Shown here: piece by piece, positions 42,344-52,461 of the stretch | Position numbering within the stretch: position 1 is the stretch's first letter | Layout of the letters: every line of letters starts with the position of its first letter | Origin: a virus | Lineage: Duplodnaviria > Caudoviricetes | Direction: 5' to 3' (one strand) | Virus record (IMG/VR): IMGVR_UViG_3300012979_000027 | Location: 64,001 to 128,000 of that record | DNA length: 64,000 bases | Translations under genes and position numbers: made by a program | The notes under the pieces: generated by a model | Seen by the model: the letters and a program-made list of their open reading frames with translations, nothing else | Database searches by the model: none | What the model was told of the DNA's origin: nothing

Positions 42344-42745
42344 ATGAATATGAGTAAAATTACAAATATTAACGATACTCCGATGGTATCTCCTAAAGAT
42401 GCGACAATTCTTGCCCTTAAAAACGGCAAAATGGCTCGCTGCGACTTTAGTAACTTTATTGCTATTATTGAAAAAATTCAAAATATGAATGTTGATGAAA
42501 TTAAAAATAATTTTGAAGTAATTAAAAATAATTTCATCTCTATTGAAAATGAAATTAAAAATTTGGAAGAACGTTATAATAATATTAATAAAGTTATTGA
42601 AACACGTCTTAATGTGTTTGAAAATGCTATTAATGAATTAAGTACCCGCTCTCAAAATAATATTTCAAACACAGAGCAAGGAGAAGAAATTTCTAAAGCT
42701 AAATCGGTAAAAAAATCTAAAAAACAGCCTGAGACCACCGAATAA
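42344..42745 (+). CDS. Hypothetical coiled-coil protein
   Basis: 133-aa ORF with heptad pattern. Confidence 0.55.
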   Translation: MNMSKITNINDTPMVSPKDATILALKNGKMARCDFSNFIAIIEKIQNMNVDEIKNNFEVIKNNFISIENEIKNLEERYNNINKVIETRLNVFENAINELSTRSQNNISNTEQGEEISKAKSVKKSKKQPETTE

Positions 42746-42769
42746 AAATATTTTTTAAATATTTTTCTT

Positions 42770-42800
42770 ACTCCTAAAATTTAAATATTTTAGGAGTTTT
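42770..42800 (+). terminator. Intrinsic terminator-like hairpin
   Basis: ACTCCTAAAAT-ttaaat-ATTTTAGGAGT followed by Ts. Confidence 0.6.
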
Positions 42801-42807
42801 TATTTTT

Positions 42808-43428
42808 ATGAATGATAATAAAATAATTCAATCATCAGAAAGTCCGCTTAATAAAACATTTGCTGACAAATATTTTTTTATTTTTGAATTACCAGAAGCG
42901 TTAAAAAATTTAAAAAATAATAAAAATATTATTAAAAACGACCTTGGTATAGGCAAAAAAGCACTTCAATGGTCTATTATAAAAGCGGAAGTGCCCAGTA
43001 TAAACATTAAAGCTGCTGAAGCGAATTATGCTGGCGGTACTTTAAGATATTCAACTCACACAAAATCTCCATATGACCCTTTTAAATTAACATTTAAAAT
43101 AGATAGTAATTATCTTAATTATTTTACTATATATGAATGGATTAATTTCATTTACGGAGAAAAAGAAGGACATTTTAATGAAGAAAACTTAACTAAATCA
43201 GAAAGTTTTAATTCTTATGCAATTCCAGTTTCTATAGTAGGTTTAGACGAATACAATAATCCAATAATACAATGGATTTTTACTTATGCATTTCCTACTG
43301 ATTTATCTTCAATATCATTAGATTATACTTCAACCGAAGAAATTGAATTTACTGTTACTTTTGTATTTTCTCAAATGTATATTAGAAATATTCTTTATGA
43401 TAATATAAAGAACTCTCCAGAGGTATAA
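42808..43428 (+). CDS. Tail tube terminator (T4 gp3-like)
   Basis: YDPFKLTFKIDSNYLNY..IYEWI, FTYAFPTDLSSI.LDY, FTVTF.F. Confidence 0.75.
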   Translation: MNDNKIIQSSESPLNKTFADKYFFIFELPEALKNLKNNKNIIKNDLGIGKKALQWSIIKAEVPSINIKAAEANYAGGTLRYSTHTKSPYDPFKLTFKIDSNYLNYFTIYEWINFIYGEKEGHFNEENLTKSESFNSYAIPVSIVGLDEYNNPIIQWIFTYAFPTDLSSISLDYTSTEEIEFTVTFVFSQMYIRNILYDNIKNSPEV

Positions 43429-43471
43429 TTTGATTTATAAAAAATAAATTGTATATTACTAAATAATTTAT

Positions 43472-46366
43472 ATGGCTACTGTTTCAAGTTTATCAGCTCC
43501 GGGCGTAGAGGTTCGTGAATATGATAACAGTTTACGCATAACTTCAAATACTGGTACAACTGTTTTTGTTCCAGGCTATGCGGCACAAGGTCCTGTAGAA
43601 GAAGTATTACCGATTTCCTCTATACAGGAATTTGAGACTGTTTACGGTATTCCAACTAATGCTGCGGAACGTTATTTTTATTATACATGTTTAGCAATTT
43701 TAAATAATTCTGGTTTAGGAACGACTCTTCTCACTTCTCGTTTACCATATGGTGACGGTCTAGGCGATACTGTTGCAGATGCATATAGCATGCTTGTATA
43801 TCCAGCTATTCCTATTATTAAAGCAAAAAATAATGGTTATAAATTTTATAAACGTTATGTTTTAGCAGATTCAAATAATATTGAAAAAGCTTTAAATGCA
43901 GAAATTATTTTTGTATCAACTAAAGAAATTAATAATGAAATTATTACTTTGCAAGTTTCAGGACAATCAGTAACTATTGATGGAATTGTCTCTAGTAGTC
44001 CTGTTGATACATATACAGAAACCGTTGGAGATAATACTTATACCTATCATGCAGGCGAATTAATGGATAGCGCTGATAATGTTATTGGTTATTTAAATAT
44101 TACTTTAATAAATGAAGCTTTTGCTAATTATTCATTAAATGATTTTAATAATGCAGAATTTAAGATAGCAAATCCATATGATATTTCTAATGATTTGGAT
44201 AAAGAAAACTTAACTTATCTTATTGGGGCTCCTGCCGTGTTTAATGTTTCATTATCTGAATATTATCAAATAATTTCAGGTGAATATTTTACATGGAATA
44301 ATACGGTTTCAAACCTCAATACCTTTGGCAATAATTTAAAAGATTCTCTTAGTTCTGCAGCTTTAATTGCAATTAATACCTCACGAAGCATAGTAAACAA
44401 TTCTCATGAAGGGTACTATTTTGGTATTACAGACAATCTTTTTAATAATATTTCTGATGATTATCAATTAGATGCTATTAGAAATGTTAAATTTGCTCCA
44501 TGGAATAGAAATCCTAATAATAGTGCTGGTATTATTGATAATAAAGCAAATAGTAAATTTATTACAATTAATGAATCTTTATTAGATTTTAAAACTAAAT
44601 TTAATAAAGGTTCTTTATCAGATATTATTCAATCTACAACTTCTAATTTTGATACTTCTTCTAGTGATTATGATGATACTGTTAATTTTGCAGTTTTCAA
44701 ATTAAAAAAATCTGTTACAGGTTCTGAAACAATGAAATTAACATATAATATATTAGAAAAGTATAATGCTTCCCTTGGTAAGAATAGACAATATTCAACT
44801 TCTACTAATGTAACTCCACAAAATTATTTTGTTGAAAGTATTGTAGAATCTTCTAAGAATGTAACAATTTTAGTAAATCCTTATATTGCTAATAAAATAA
44901 AAGTTAATTCTGAAGGTAATTTAGAAGGAAAAGTACGATTCTTTAGTTCTAAACTTATAGATACTTTTGAAAAATATGAGAAAAAATACCTCGGAACTGA
45001 ACTTAATCAACATTTAAATTCAGAACAAAGAGTTAAAGCTATCAAAAATAATATAGAAAACTGGAATAATCTTTCTAAACAAGTTGGTATTTCACCAGAG
45101 CTTATTAAAAATATAGAAAACAGCGAAAATTATATTAATTTTAATCGTAACGATTCTTTATATCAATTTGGTGTATATACAATTATAGAAAAAAATAATA
45201 ATTTCATAGGTTCGACACCAGGCAAAATTAAAAGAGCTTTAGAATTAGTATCTAATGACGAAGAATATCCTGATATTGATATTATAGTTGACGGTGGATT
45301 AAGTACAATTTATGCTTATTCTAATAATGCATTAAGCGATTATGTTATTTCTAATAAAATAGAAGATAATAATAATATTGTTAGAGGTATATTTAAAGAA
45401 GATATTTTACTTCAAGGCGTTGAAGATTTACGTACAAATCGTAGTTCTATAACAAACATGGCAGAATTAATTCGTTCCGATTATCTTGAAGTACAAAATG
45501 CATTCCAATCTCTTGCAAATAGTTTCCAAAATGGAGGTAGAGGTGATACTTTTTACATTGCAGACATACTTAGAGGTGCTGTTATCTATGGCTTAAATAC
45601 AAAAGTAGAAAAAATATATGGTACAACTATGACTAATAATGCTTATGGTGAAGGAAATATTAAGCATTCTTGGCCATCTTCCATCCTCAGTCCCATAAAA
45701 CACATTACAGATGGATTTACTTCATCTTATGCATCAATTTATGCTCAATGGTTTAAAGTTCATGATAACCATACTAATGAAAAATATTGGATTCCTTCAT
45801 CTGGATACATGGCTGCACTTATGTGCGCAACAGACCAGCTTCATGGTCCTTGGTATGCTGGAGCAGGTCTTAATCGCGGTATTGTATCTGGAGTTATAGA
45901 TGTAGCTATTAACCCGACTCAAAAACAAAGAGGAGACCTTTATAAAATTTGTGTAAACTCTGTACCAAAAATAGCTAAAATTGGTATTACGAATTGGGGT
46001 ATTCGCACTTTAAGTAAAAAAGCATCTGCCTTTGACCAAAATACATGTCGTCGTACATTCCTCTTTATCGAGAAAGCTATTAAGAAACTTCTTCGCTATT
46101 ATCTCTTTGAACCGAATAACTCTTATACCCAGCTTTCCATTTATAATGAAATTGAACCATATATGGAATCAATTCGTAACCAAGGAGGAATTTATAGTTA
46201 TAGTGTAGTTGTAGATAGTACTAATAATACACCTGAAATTGTCAATGCAGGAAATTTAGCAGTAGATGTTTCAGCTGCTCCAACACGTACTGCTGAATTT
46301 ATAGTTCTTAATATGACTGCAAATAAAGTTACACAAGAAGTAGCTACTTCAGAATTTGTTGTGTAA
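43472..46366 (+). CDS. Tail sheath protein (T4 gp18-like)
   Basis: LSAPGVEVREYD, GPVEE, FETVYG.P, PWYAGAGLNRG, LFEPNN, DSTNNTPE, PTRTAEFI. Confidence 0.95.
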   Translation: MATVSSLSAPGVEVREYDNSLRITSNTGTTVFVPGYAAQGPVEEVLPISSIQEFETVYGIPTNAAERYFYYTCLAILNNSGLGTTLLTSRLPYGDGLGDTVADAYSMLVYPAIPIIKAKNNGYKFYKRYVLADSNNIEKALNAEIIFVSTKEINNEIITLQVSGQSVTIDGIVSSSPVDTYTETVGDNTYTYHAGELMDSADNVIGYLNITLINEAFANYSLNDFNNAEFKIANPYDISNDLDKENLTYLIGAPAVFNVSLSEYYQIISGEYFTWNNTVSNLNTFGNNLKDSLSSAALIAINTSRSIVNNSHEGYYFGITDNLFNNISDDYQLDAIRNVKFAPWNRNPNNSAGIIDNKANSKFITINESLLDFKTKFNKGSLSDIIQSTTSNFDTSSSDYDDTVNFAVFKLKKSVTGSETMKLTYNILEKYNASLGKNRQYSTSTNVTPQNYFVESIVESSKNVTILVNPYIANKIKVNSEGNLEGKVRFFSSKLIDTFEKYEKKYLGTELNQHLNSEQRVKAIKNNIENWNNLSKQVGISPELIKNIENSENYINFNRNDSLYQFGVYTIIEKNNNFIGSTPGKIKRALELVSNDEEYPDIDIIVDGGLSTIYAYSNNALSDYVISNKIEDNNNIVRGIFKEDILLQGVEDLRTNRSSITNMAELIRSDYLEVQNAFQSLANSFQNGGRGDTFYIADILRGAVIYGLNTKVEKIYGTTMTNNAYGEGNIKHSWPSSILSPIKHITDGFTSSYASIYAQWFKVHDNHTNEKYWIPSSGYMAALMCATDQLHGPWYAGAGLNRGIVSGVIDVAINPTQKQRGDLYKICVNSVPKIAKIGITNWGIRTLSKKASAFDQNTCRRTFLFIEKAIKKLLRYYLFEPNNSYTQLSIYNEIEPYMESIRNQGGIYSYSVVVDSTNNTPEIVNAGNLAVDVSAAPTRTAEFIVLNMTANKVTQEVATSEFVV

Positions 46367-46388
46367 AAGATAATTATAACTCTTTAGT

Positions 46389-46425
46389 AAAAGAAGGTAG
46401 TATAAAAACTACCTTCTTTTATTTT
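46389..46425 (+). terminator. Intrinsic terminator
   Basis: AAAAGAAGGTAGT-ataaa-ACTACCTTCTTTT. Confidence 0.75.
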
Positions 46426-46452
46426 ATAAATCATGCCTTAAATATCTATTAT

Positions 46453-47823
46453 ATGGCAAGAAAAATTTCTCAATTTAGCACATACACATGGGATAATGTT
46501 ACTTTTCCAGAAGCATATATCCCTATTATTACTCCCCCTAAAGATGAAGTTATTAATGAAGACGATATTGATGGAGATTATATAAATTATAAATTTAAGC
46601 CTATAGATTTATTTTTAACCAAATATGACTCATATAATCCAAATTCGTTAATAGTTACTGATAGCTCTGGAAAAATTACATTTAAGACTGATTTCGGTGG
46701 GAACAAAGTATTATTGTCAAAAGAACCAGGTTTAATAGAAGAATCTTCTATAACTACAGAAGAATTAAAGCATTTAAGTGGTATAGAAAGTAATATTCAA
46801 AATCAACTAAATAATATAAAAAATGATATTCAAGTTCAACTAAATACTAAACTTCCTAAAAATTTTTCAACATCAGATGCTGAGAATAAAGTAGTAATAA
46901 CAGATAAAAATAAAAATATAATAGTCTCAAAAATTACAACAGATGAATTAAATTATTTAGAAGATGTAGACAGTAATATACAAACTCAACTAAATACAAA
47001 AGCTCCTACCTATAATCCAACTTTTACAGGAAAAACAAAAGCTCCTACTCCTGATCTCAAAGCAAAAGATACTCAAATAGCAACTGCTGAATTTGTTTAT
47101 AAATCAATAGATGCTAACAAGCCTGTTATATCTAAAAACAATTGCGTTATAATATCGGATAGTAACAGAAATATAATAGCCTCAGATGTTACAACAACTG
47201 AATTAAATTATTTAAAAGGGGTAACAAGTAAAATTCAAGACCAACTAAACAGTAAACTTCCATCTGTACTTTCTGGAAATAATACTGATTCTAAAGTCTT
47301 AATTACAAATTCAAGTAAACAAATAGGGGCTTCTTCTATAACTACAAATGAATTAAAGTGCTTAGCTAATATAAAAAGTAATATTCAAGATCAACTGGAT
47401 GCAAAACAGACTAAAGGTGTGAGCAAAGTAAACATGGTGCTGGTAAGTGATACGAAATATGACATTATTGCATCAGACATCTCCATTGATGAGCTGAAAA
47501 AGCTCAGCAATATCCGCGACAATATACAGAGTCAACTTAACGATTTGAGTTCCAGTTGTTGCATGCCCGATTTCACAGCCGGTGTGTCCATCACTAGTGG
47601 TGAGGTAGTTCCGTGCGCCGCACTTGGTGTAGTAGCTGCTGGTAATAGAAAAGCTAGAGAAGTAAAAGCTGCAATTAATGGCGTTATCGTCTGGTCAAAT
47701 AAGTGTGCTGACAGTGACTCAGCTTATGCTAGAGGTTCATTTTTAATTCCACCCAATAGTACTGTGACTTTCGACGGGAATCTTACATATTATCCGCTCA
47801 AAAGAATGCAGATGTTAGTCTAA
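46453..47823 (+). CDS. Tail fibre protein
   Basis: Five repeats of S-x-I-T-T-x-E-L-x-x-L-x-x-x-x-S-N-I-Q-x-Q-L-N; PTFTG..KAPTP...TQIATAEFV fibre motif. Confidence 0.75.
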   Translation: MARKISQFSTYTWDNVTFPEAYIPIITPPKDEVINEDDIDGDYINYKFKPIDLFLTKYDSYNPNSLIVTDSSGKITFKTDFGGNKVLLSKEPGLIEESSITTEELKHLSGIESNIQNQLNNIKNDIQVQLNTKLPKNFSTSDAENKVVITDKNKNIIVSKITTDELNYLEDVDSNIQTQLNTKAPTYNPTFTGKTKAPTPDLKAKDTQIATAEFVYKSIDANKPVISKNNCVIISDSNRNIIASDVTTTELNYLKGVTSKIQDQLNSKLPSVLSGNNTDSKVLITNSSKQIGASSITTNELKCLANIKSNIQDQLDAKQTKGVSKVNMVLVSDTKYDIIASDISIDELKKLSNIRDNIQSQLNDLSSSCCMPDFTAGVSITSGEVVPCAALGVVAAGNRKAREVKAAINGVIVWSNKCADSDSAYARGSFLIPPNSTVTFDGNLTYYPLKRMQMLV

Positions 47824-47986
47824 AAATATTGGCACAAAGAATATCTGTTTTCGTATTTGCACTATACTTTAGCAAATTAAATACACGCATTTAACTTTAT
47901 TATAATAATTTATTTTTTAAATCAACTAAAAATAAATTTTAGAACATGATTAATATTTTTATAAAATATATTAATAATTTTTCTAA

Positions 47987-48697
47987 ATGTCAATAATTTT
48001 TAAAGAAGAATCTCATCAATATTTTAATACAGATACCGGAAGAGAATATCTATCCGGTACTAAATTTATTCATTTATTTGAACCTTCATTTAATAAAGAT
48101 GCTATTTCTAAACGTGTAGCATTAAAAGAAGGCAAAACACAAAAACAAGTATTAGATGAGTGGGCAGCTATTTCTAAGCAAGCATGTGATTATGGAACTG
48201 CCACTCATTTATTAATGGAAAATTATATTAAATTTGGTGAAGAAGATATTGATAATAAGATTCTTTATGAAACATTTAATAAATGTGTAGGTCCTGAATA
48301 TAAAAAAGCAGAAGCCATTCATTCTGAAAAACTTCTTTGGATTGATGATTTCGAAATAGCAGGAACTGCGGATTTAATTATTGACCACCCTAATAATGAA
48401 TTTTCTATAGGTGATTTTAAGACCAACAAGAAGATTGAGTTTTATTCTGTATTTGGTAATAGAATGCTTGAACCGGTTTCACACCTTTCACAATGTCAAC
48501 ATAATTTATATGCTTTACAATTAAGTCTTTATGCATATATGTATTCTCTTCTTAGCGGTAGAAAATTACGTCATGTTTTCTTAATGCATTGTAATGACCG
48601 TTCTAAAGGTTGGACTTATATTCCATGCAATGCAATGATAATGGAAGTAAGATTTATGTTACATTTTTATAAAGAAAAAATAAAAAGTGGTAAATAA
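47987..48697 (+). CDS. PD-(D/E)XK Cas4-like exonuclease
   Basis: GTATH...E, AGTADLII, IGDFKT, YALQLSLYAY. Confidence 0.85.
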   Translation: MSIIFKEESHQYFNTDTGREYLSGTKFIHLFEPSFNKDAISKRVALKEGKTQKQVLDEWAAISKQACDYGTATHLLMENYIKFGEEDIDNKILYETFNKCVGPEYKKAEAIHSEKLLWIDDFEIAGTADLIIDHPNNEFSIGDFKTNKKIEFYSVFGNRMLEPVSHLSQCQHNLYALQLSLYAYMYSLLSGRKLRHVFLMHCNDRSKGWTYIPCNAMIMEVRFMLHFYKEKIKSGK

Positions 48698-48734
48698 GGT
48701 TCGTTCTTTGGATTAAAAATGTATATAACTATAA

Positions 48735-48978
48735 ATGAAAATTAATACTTTACGAAAAAAAGTCAGTAAAATAGCTGATGATTTAGATACAATGGTTCGG
48801 AAAGTTGTCTGACTTGGCCGATGAATTTGATGATGATGAGTTTACTTCACTTCTTGGAAGAGCATGTGATGAGTTTTATGATTTAATTAGTGGAACTAAT
48901 GGCTCTTTTGGAGAAGTATTAGATTGGTTAGATAATTACGAAGAATATAAAGAGGAGGACGAAGAAGATAATGAGTAA
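48735..48978 (+). CDS. Small acidic protein (~80 aa, missing from the ORF track), requiring a +1 shift at CGGA 48798
   Basis: MKINTLRKKVSKIADDLDTMV-[G]-KLSDLADEFDDDEF...EDEEDNE*; fills an otherwise empty gap and overlaps the next ATG. Confidence 0.7.
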
Positions 48979-49171
48979 TAATTTTTTTGAAGCTCAAATT
49001 AATAATCTTAATTTCCGCTATTCTGGAGGTAATATTATTGAAGTATCAAAAATTAGTGATAAACATCATACAGTACTTCATGAGATTTGGACAAAAGAAT
49101 TAACAAGCAAGAAAGAATTTGATACTGAAATCTCTTTCTGGTATATGCGAGAAGGTGTGAACTTTAATTGA
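48971..49171 (+). CDS. Small hypothetical protein
   Basis: 66-aa ORF. Confidence 0.55.
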   Translation: MSNNFFEAQINNLNFRYSGGNIIEVSKISDKHHTVLHEIWTKELTSKKEFDTEISFWYMREGVNFN

Positions 49172-49793
49172 TAAATTTTTCAATAATAGGCATTAGATTA
49201 CCTGAAAGAGTAAGTGCAATAATTAAAATAAAGATAATCCAAAGAGCAGTTTTAACGAACCAAGGTTGCATAAGAAGATTCTTAAGAATATTCGTAAAAC
49301 TTTGTTCATTCTGATTCACAAAGGGCTGTCCATTAATCTGGACAGTTCTTTCTATTTTATAAATTTGAACAATAAAATGTTGAAACTCATCTGTTAATGT
49401 AGAGGGAACACGAGTGACTATTACTCTAACTGGAATTAGTTGATGTCGGTTACCTCTAATTTGTGTAATTTCTTCATCGGTAGAATATGAATAGTATCTT
49501 CCATTTAATATTGCATTTAAATTAATATTATCAGTTCTTAAATAACGACCATCAACAATATCTGCTATATTTCTTCCTTCGAGGTCAGCAGCAGAAATAC
49601 CTACGAGGTTCACAAAAAAGCTATTTGCTTCAATGATATTCTTATTTGCATCTAAAAGTACAATACCATGTTCTGCAAGGTCCCAAAAGCTTCGATGATA
49701 TGATTCGGCAGTGAACATTCTTACTGAAGATGTTAACGAATTTTGAGCATCTTCCATCCAAGTATCATCTGCTCTGACTGCCATATTACACAT
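49164..49793 (-). CDS. PAS-domain protein with C-terminal transmembrane helix
   Basis: GIVLLD....IIEANSFFVNLVG.....LEGRNI PAS signature; hydrophobic TALWIIFILIIALTL. Confidence 0.75.
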   Translation of the reverse strand: MCNMAVRADDTWMEDAQNSLTSSVRMFTAESYHRSFWDLAEHGIVLLDANKNIIEANSFFVNLVGISAADLEGRNIADIVDGRYLRTDNINLNAILNGRYYSYSTDEEITQIRGNRHQLIPVRVIVTRVPSTLTDEFQHFIVQIYKIERTVQINGQPFVNQNEQSFTNILKNLLMQPWFVKTALWIIFILIIALTLSGNLMPIIEKFIN

Positions 49794-49817
49794 AATTACT
49801 ATTATTTATCTAAAAGT

Positions 49818-50474
49818 CTATATTTTCTTAAGGTTGCGTATAACTTCTTTAATATCAACCTTTTCAAAGGCTCTTGTCATCATGTGTTCTCTTACTAATT
49901 TTCTTAACTGCGTTTCAGTAAGATAATATTCTGAATTTTTATCAAATATATAAGCGTTTGACATTAAAAATATTGCTACATCTTTTGCCAAATTAAATCG
50001 TTTGCTATCATAAGTTCCAAACCAAATTTTCTTTCCTTCTGGTGATTCTACATAAAATCGTTTAGAACGTCTTTTACTTTTATATGCATTTCGTTTAGCA
50101 TACTCTCGGGACTTATCATTATCCCAAATAACCCAGTCTCTAAACGTACACATCTCTCTTCTGAATAATTCTTCTTCTACCTCTTCAGAAGGAATGATAC
50201 GACGGTTTCCTATATAATCAATAGAGAAAAAACCATTCTTTTCAAGATAGTGCATGTTTTTATAGATACCAAAATCATCCATATAAGATGCTACAGAAGT
50301 ATAAAATTGGTATCTATTTTCGGTATCAAATTTTTTGCGATAATCTTTATTGAATCGATTTAAATGTTGAGAGTTTTCTTTATAATCTTTTTCCTTGCGT
50401 AAATGAGGAAACTTTTCTTCTCGACGTCGAATTTCCTTTTTATCCCAGGGTGGATTTTGCCAATATTTCTTCAT
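49818..50474 (-). CDS. Basic hypothetical protein, possibly nucleic-acid binding
   Basis: 218 aa, Arg/Lys-rich; no confident motif. Confidence 0.5.
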   Translation of the reverse strand: MKKYWQNPPWDKKEIRRREEKFPHLRKEKDYKENSQHLNRFNKDYRKKFDTENRYQFYTSVASYMDDFGIYKNMHYLEKNGFFSIDYIGNRRIIPSEEVEEELFRREMCTFRDWVIWDNDKSREYAKRNAYKSKRRSKRFYVESPEGKKIWFGTYDSKRFNLAKDVAIFLMSNAYIFDKNSEYYLTETQLRKLVREHMMTRAFEKVDIKEVIRNLKKI

Positions 50475-50505
50475 TAGTGTTCAAATTAACATTAATCTAA
50501 AAAAA

Positions 50506-50537
50506 AAAAATTTCGCGTATTTAAACGCGAAATTTTT
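50506..50537 (-). terminator. Intrinsic terminator after the endolysin
   Basis: AAAAATTTCGCGT-atttaa-ACGCGAAATTTTT with a long A run (U tail on the minus strand). Confidence 0.75.
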
Positions 50538-50541
50538 ACTT

Positions 50542-51327
50542 TTAGCCCCAAAGTGTACATTGAACATGCATTACATCTGTCCCCTGGCGTCTCCCTAAAC
50601 TTAAAAATCCATGATGTTCAAGAATATCAAAAAATGGTTTATAAATGTCTTGAGATAAACGCGCATCCTTCCATTTAGTCTTCATTGCATTATTAGCAGC
50701 ATCAAAATCCAAAGCAAGACCCCAAGAGTGGATAGAGGTTGAAGAGCTTCCCCTTGAAGTACGGAAATAATAAGAACCATCATACACGCAAGCGCCGGGT
50801 GCGACTTCTTCAATATCATTACCATAATGATTTATAATATCCTTCAAAGCGGCTTCGAGACGATCAGCTACCAGCCTATGAATTCTGATAGTTTTTACTT
50901 GTTTGCCATCATATTTTAGTGGATAATTTTCAGGTACCGACACATTTACTAATACAGATTCATCACCAGCCTTTCCGAAAATGGATTTCCCAGAACGGAC
51001 AACTGATTGCTTTACTGGATTAACTTTGTAGTCAACTTTTGTAAAAGAGATAGGTTTTTCAATATATTTTTTTACAAGAAAGTTAGCTTCATTTTTAGTA
51101 AATGATTTTCCTTCTAATGTATTAAAGATTGCATTAAGTGTATTTTTACCAATTATACCATCGGCAACAGAACCTACCTTTTTCTGTATATTTTTTATTG
51201 TGATAGCCTTGTAAGAAGATACGGAAGCACCGACTACATCAGCAATTGCCCTAATTGTTTTCGGCCCGATTATCCCATCTGCTTCGACTTTAAGGATTTG
51301 CTGAATTTTTTTAATTGTCTCTGTCAT
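50542..51327 (-). CDS. Endolysin with two peptidoglycan-binding repeats and an M15 peptidase domain
   Basis: ADGIIGPKT and ADGIIGKNT repeats; SIHSWGLALD and DVMHVQ. Confidence 0.88.
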   Translation of the reverse strand: MTETIKKIQQILKVEADGIIGPKTIRAIADVVGASVSSYKAITIKNIQKKVGSVADGIIGKNTLNAIFNTLEGKSFTKNEANFLVKKYIEKPISFTKVDYKVNPVKQSVVRSGKSIFGKAGDESVLVNVSVPENYPLKYDGKQVKTIRIHRLVADRLEAALKDIINHYGNDIEEVAPGACVYDGSYYFRTSRGSSSTSIHSWGLALDFDAANNAMKTKWKDARLSQDIYKPFFDILEHHGFLSLGRRQGTDVMHVQCTLWG

Positions 51328-51390
51328 ATATAATTTATTTAATTGGCTTTAAAACAGAACAAGGATAATATAATTTATATGTATTAAGAT

Positions 51391-51939
51391 ATGAGAAAGA
51401 AAGTATTTATTATTGACGGTCCGGACGGGGCTGGTAAAACAACATTAGCACAAAGGCTTTCAGAAGCTTATAATATTCCGATTTATCATCTTACATATTA
51501 TGATGATAGAGAAAAGTTCCAAAAGCAGTTTGATATTGCAACTGAAATGATTAAACAGTGGATTAGAGGGGAGTCAGATGGCTTTATCCTTGATAGATAT
51601 ATCCTTTCAGAGTTTGCATATCAAAAAGTATATCGTCCTGATATCCCGCTTGTTGATGGAGCAGATTTAATGTTTGAATTGATGGAGCACAGAGCAGCAA
51701 CTGGCGAGATAGATGTAATTATTGCATTACCTGAAGACCGTTCCAAATGGTTTGAATTATTTTCGTCTCTTTGTGAAGAACGCAAAGAAATGTATTCTCC
51801 TGAAAAAATGTTAAAAGTTTTCGATGAATATGAAAACCTTTGGAAAAAGATGCGCTATAATAAACATGTATATAGATATGACCTCTTTGAAAATATAAAA
51901 GGTCAATATAAAAATCAAATTTTAGAAATAAATGAATAA
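51391..51939 (+). CDS. Nucleotide monophosphate (thymidylate-like) kinase
   Basis: IIDGPDGAGKTT P-loop; ILDRYILSEFAY. Confidence 0.85.
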   Translation: MRKKVFIIDGPDGAGKTTLAQRLSEAYNIPIYHLTYYDDREKFQKQFDIATEMIKQWIRGESDGFILDRYILSEFAYQKVYRPDIPLVDGADLMFELMEHRAATGEIDVIIALPEDRSKWFELFSSLCEERKEMYSPEKMLKVFDEYENLWKKMRYNKHVYRYDLFENIKGQYKNQILEINE

Positions 51940-52180
51940 TAAGATTGACATGAATCAGTTGATGGAACTTGCTGTTAAGCATCAGGCTATGCAACAGCCT
52001 CAGCAAGTTAAATCTGGAATTACATATTGTGAGCTACTTTCGGTGGTATTAGTAACACTTAAGTGTCTTGGACTTATTTCATGCTCATGGATAGTTCCTT
52101 TCCTTCCGCTCGCAATCCCGTTTATTTTATATGGGATTCTCTTTATCCTTGGTATTATTAAGGCAAAATTTTTCCATTAA
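51932..52180 (+). CDS. Small two-TM membrane protein (holin candidate)
   Basis: LLSVVLVTLKCLGLISCSWIVPFLPL hydrophobic pattern. Confidence 0.55.
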   Translation: MNNKIDMNQLMELAVKHQAMQQPQQVKSGITYCELLSVVLVTLKCLGLISCSWIVPFLPLAIPFILYGILFILGIIKAKFFH

Positions 52181-52185
52181 AAAGT

Positions 52186-52461
52186 ATGAATAAAGTAATT
52201 GAAATTACAACTCCCACTTGCAGTGTATGTAAGATGATTAAGCCAATGGTTGAAAAAGTTATGTCTTCGTACACCAATTTGGAGTTTAGTGTGCATGACC
52301 ATGAAGATGCTGATGTGAAATATTATTTGGAAACCTATAATATCAAATCTGTCCCTGCATTCTTTTTCATCAAAGATGGTGAAATTGTTGATACTCATTT
52401 TGGTGCGATAACACTTCCTCTATTAAAATCTAAGGTAGAAAATCTTGTAAATGAAGGCTAA
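52186..52461 (+). CDS. Thioredoxin-like protein
   Basis: CSVC motif, YNIKSVPAFFF. Confidence 0.85.
   Translation: MNKVIEITTPTCSVCKMIKPMVEKVMSSYTNLEFSVHDHEDADVKYYLETYNIKSVPAFFFIKDGEIVDTHFGAITLPLLKSKVENLVNEG

Noticed and set aside
47987-48697. CRISPR-Cas system
   Set aside because: A solo Cas4-like nuclease, common in phages; no array or other cas genes
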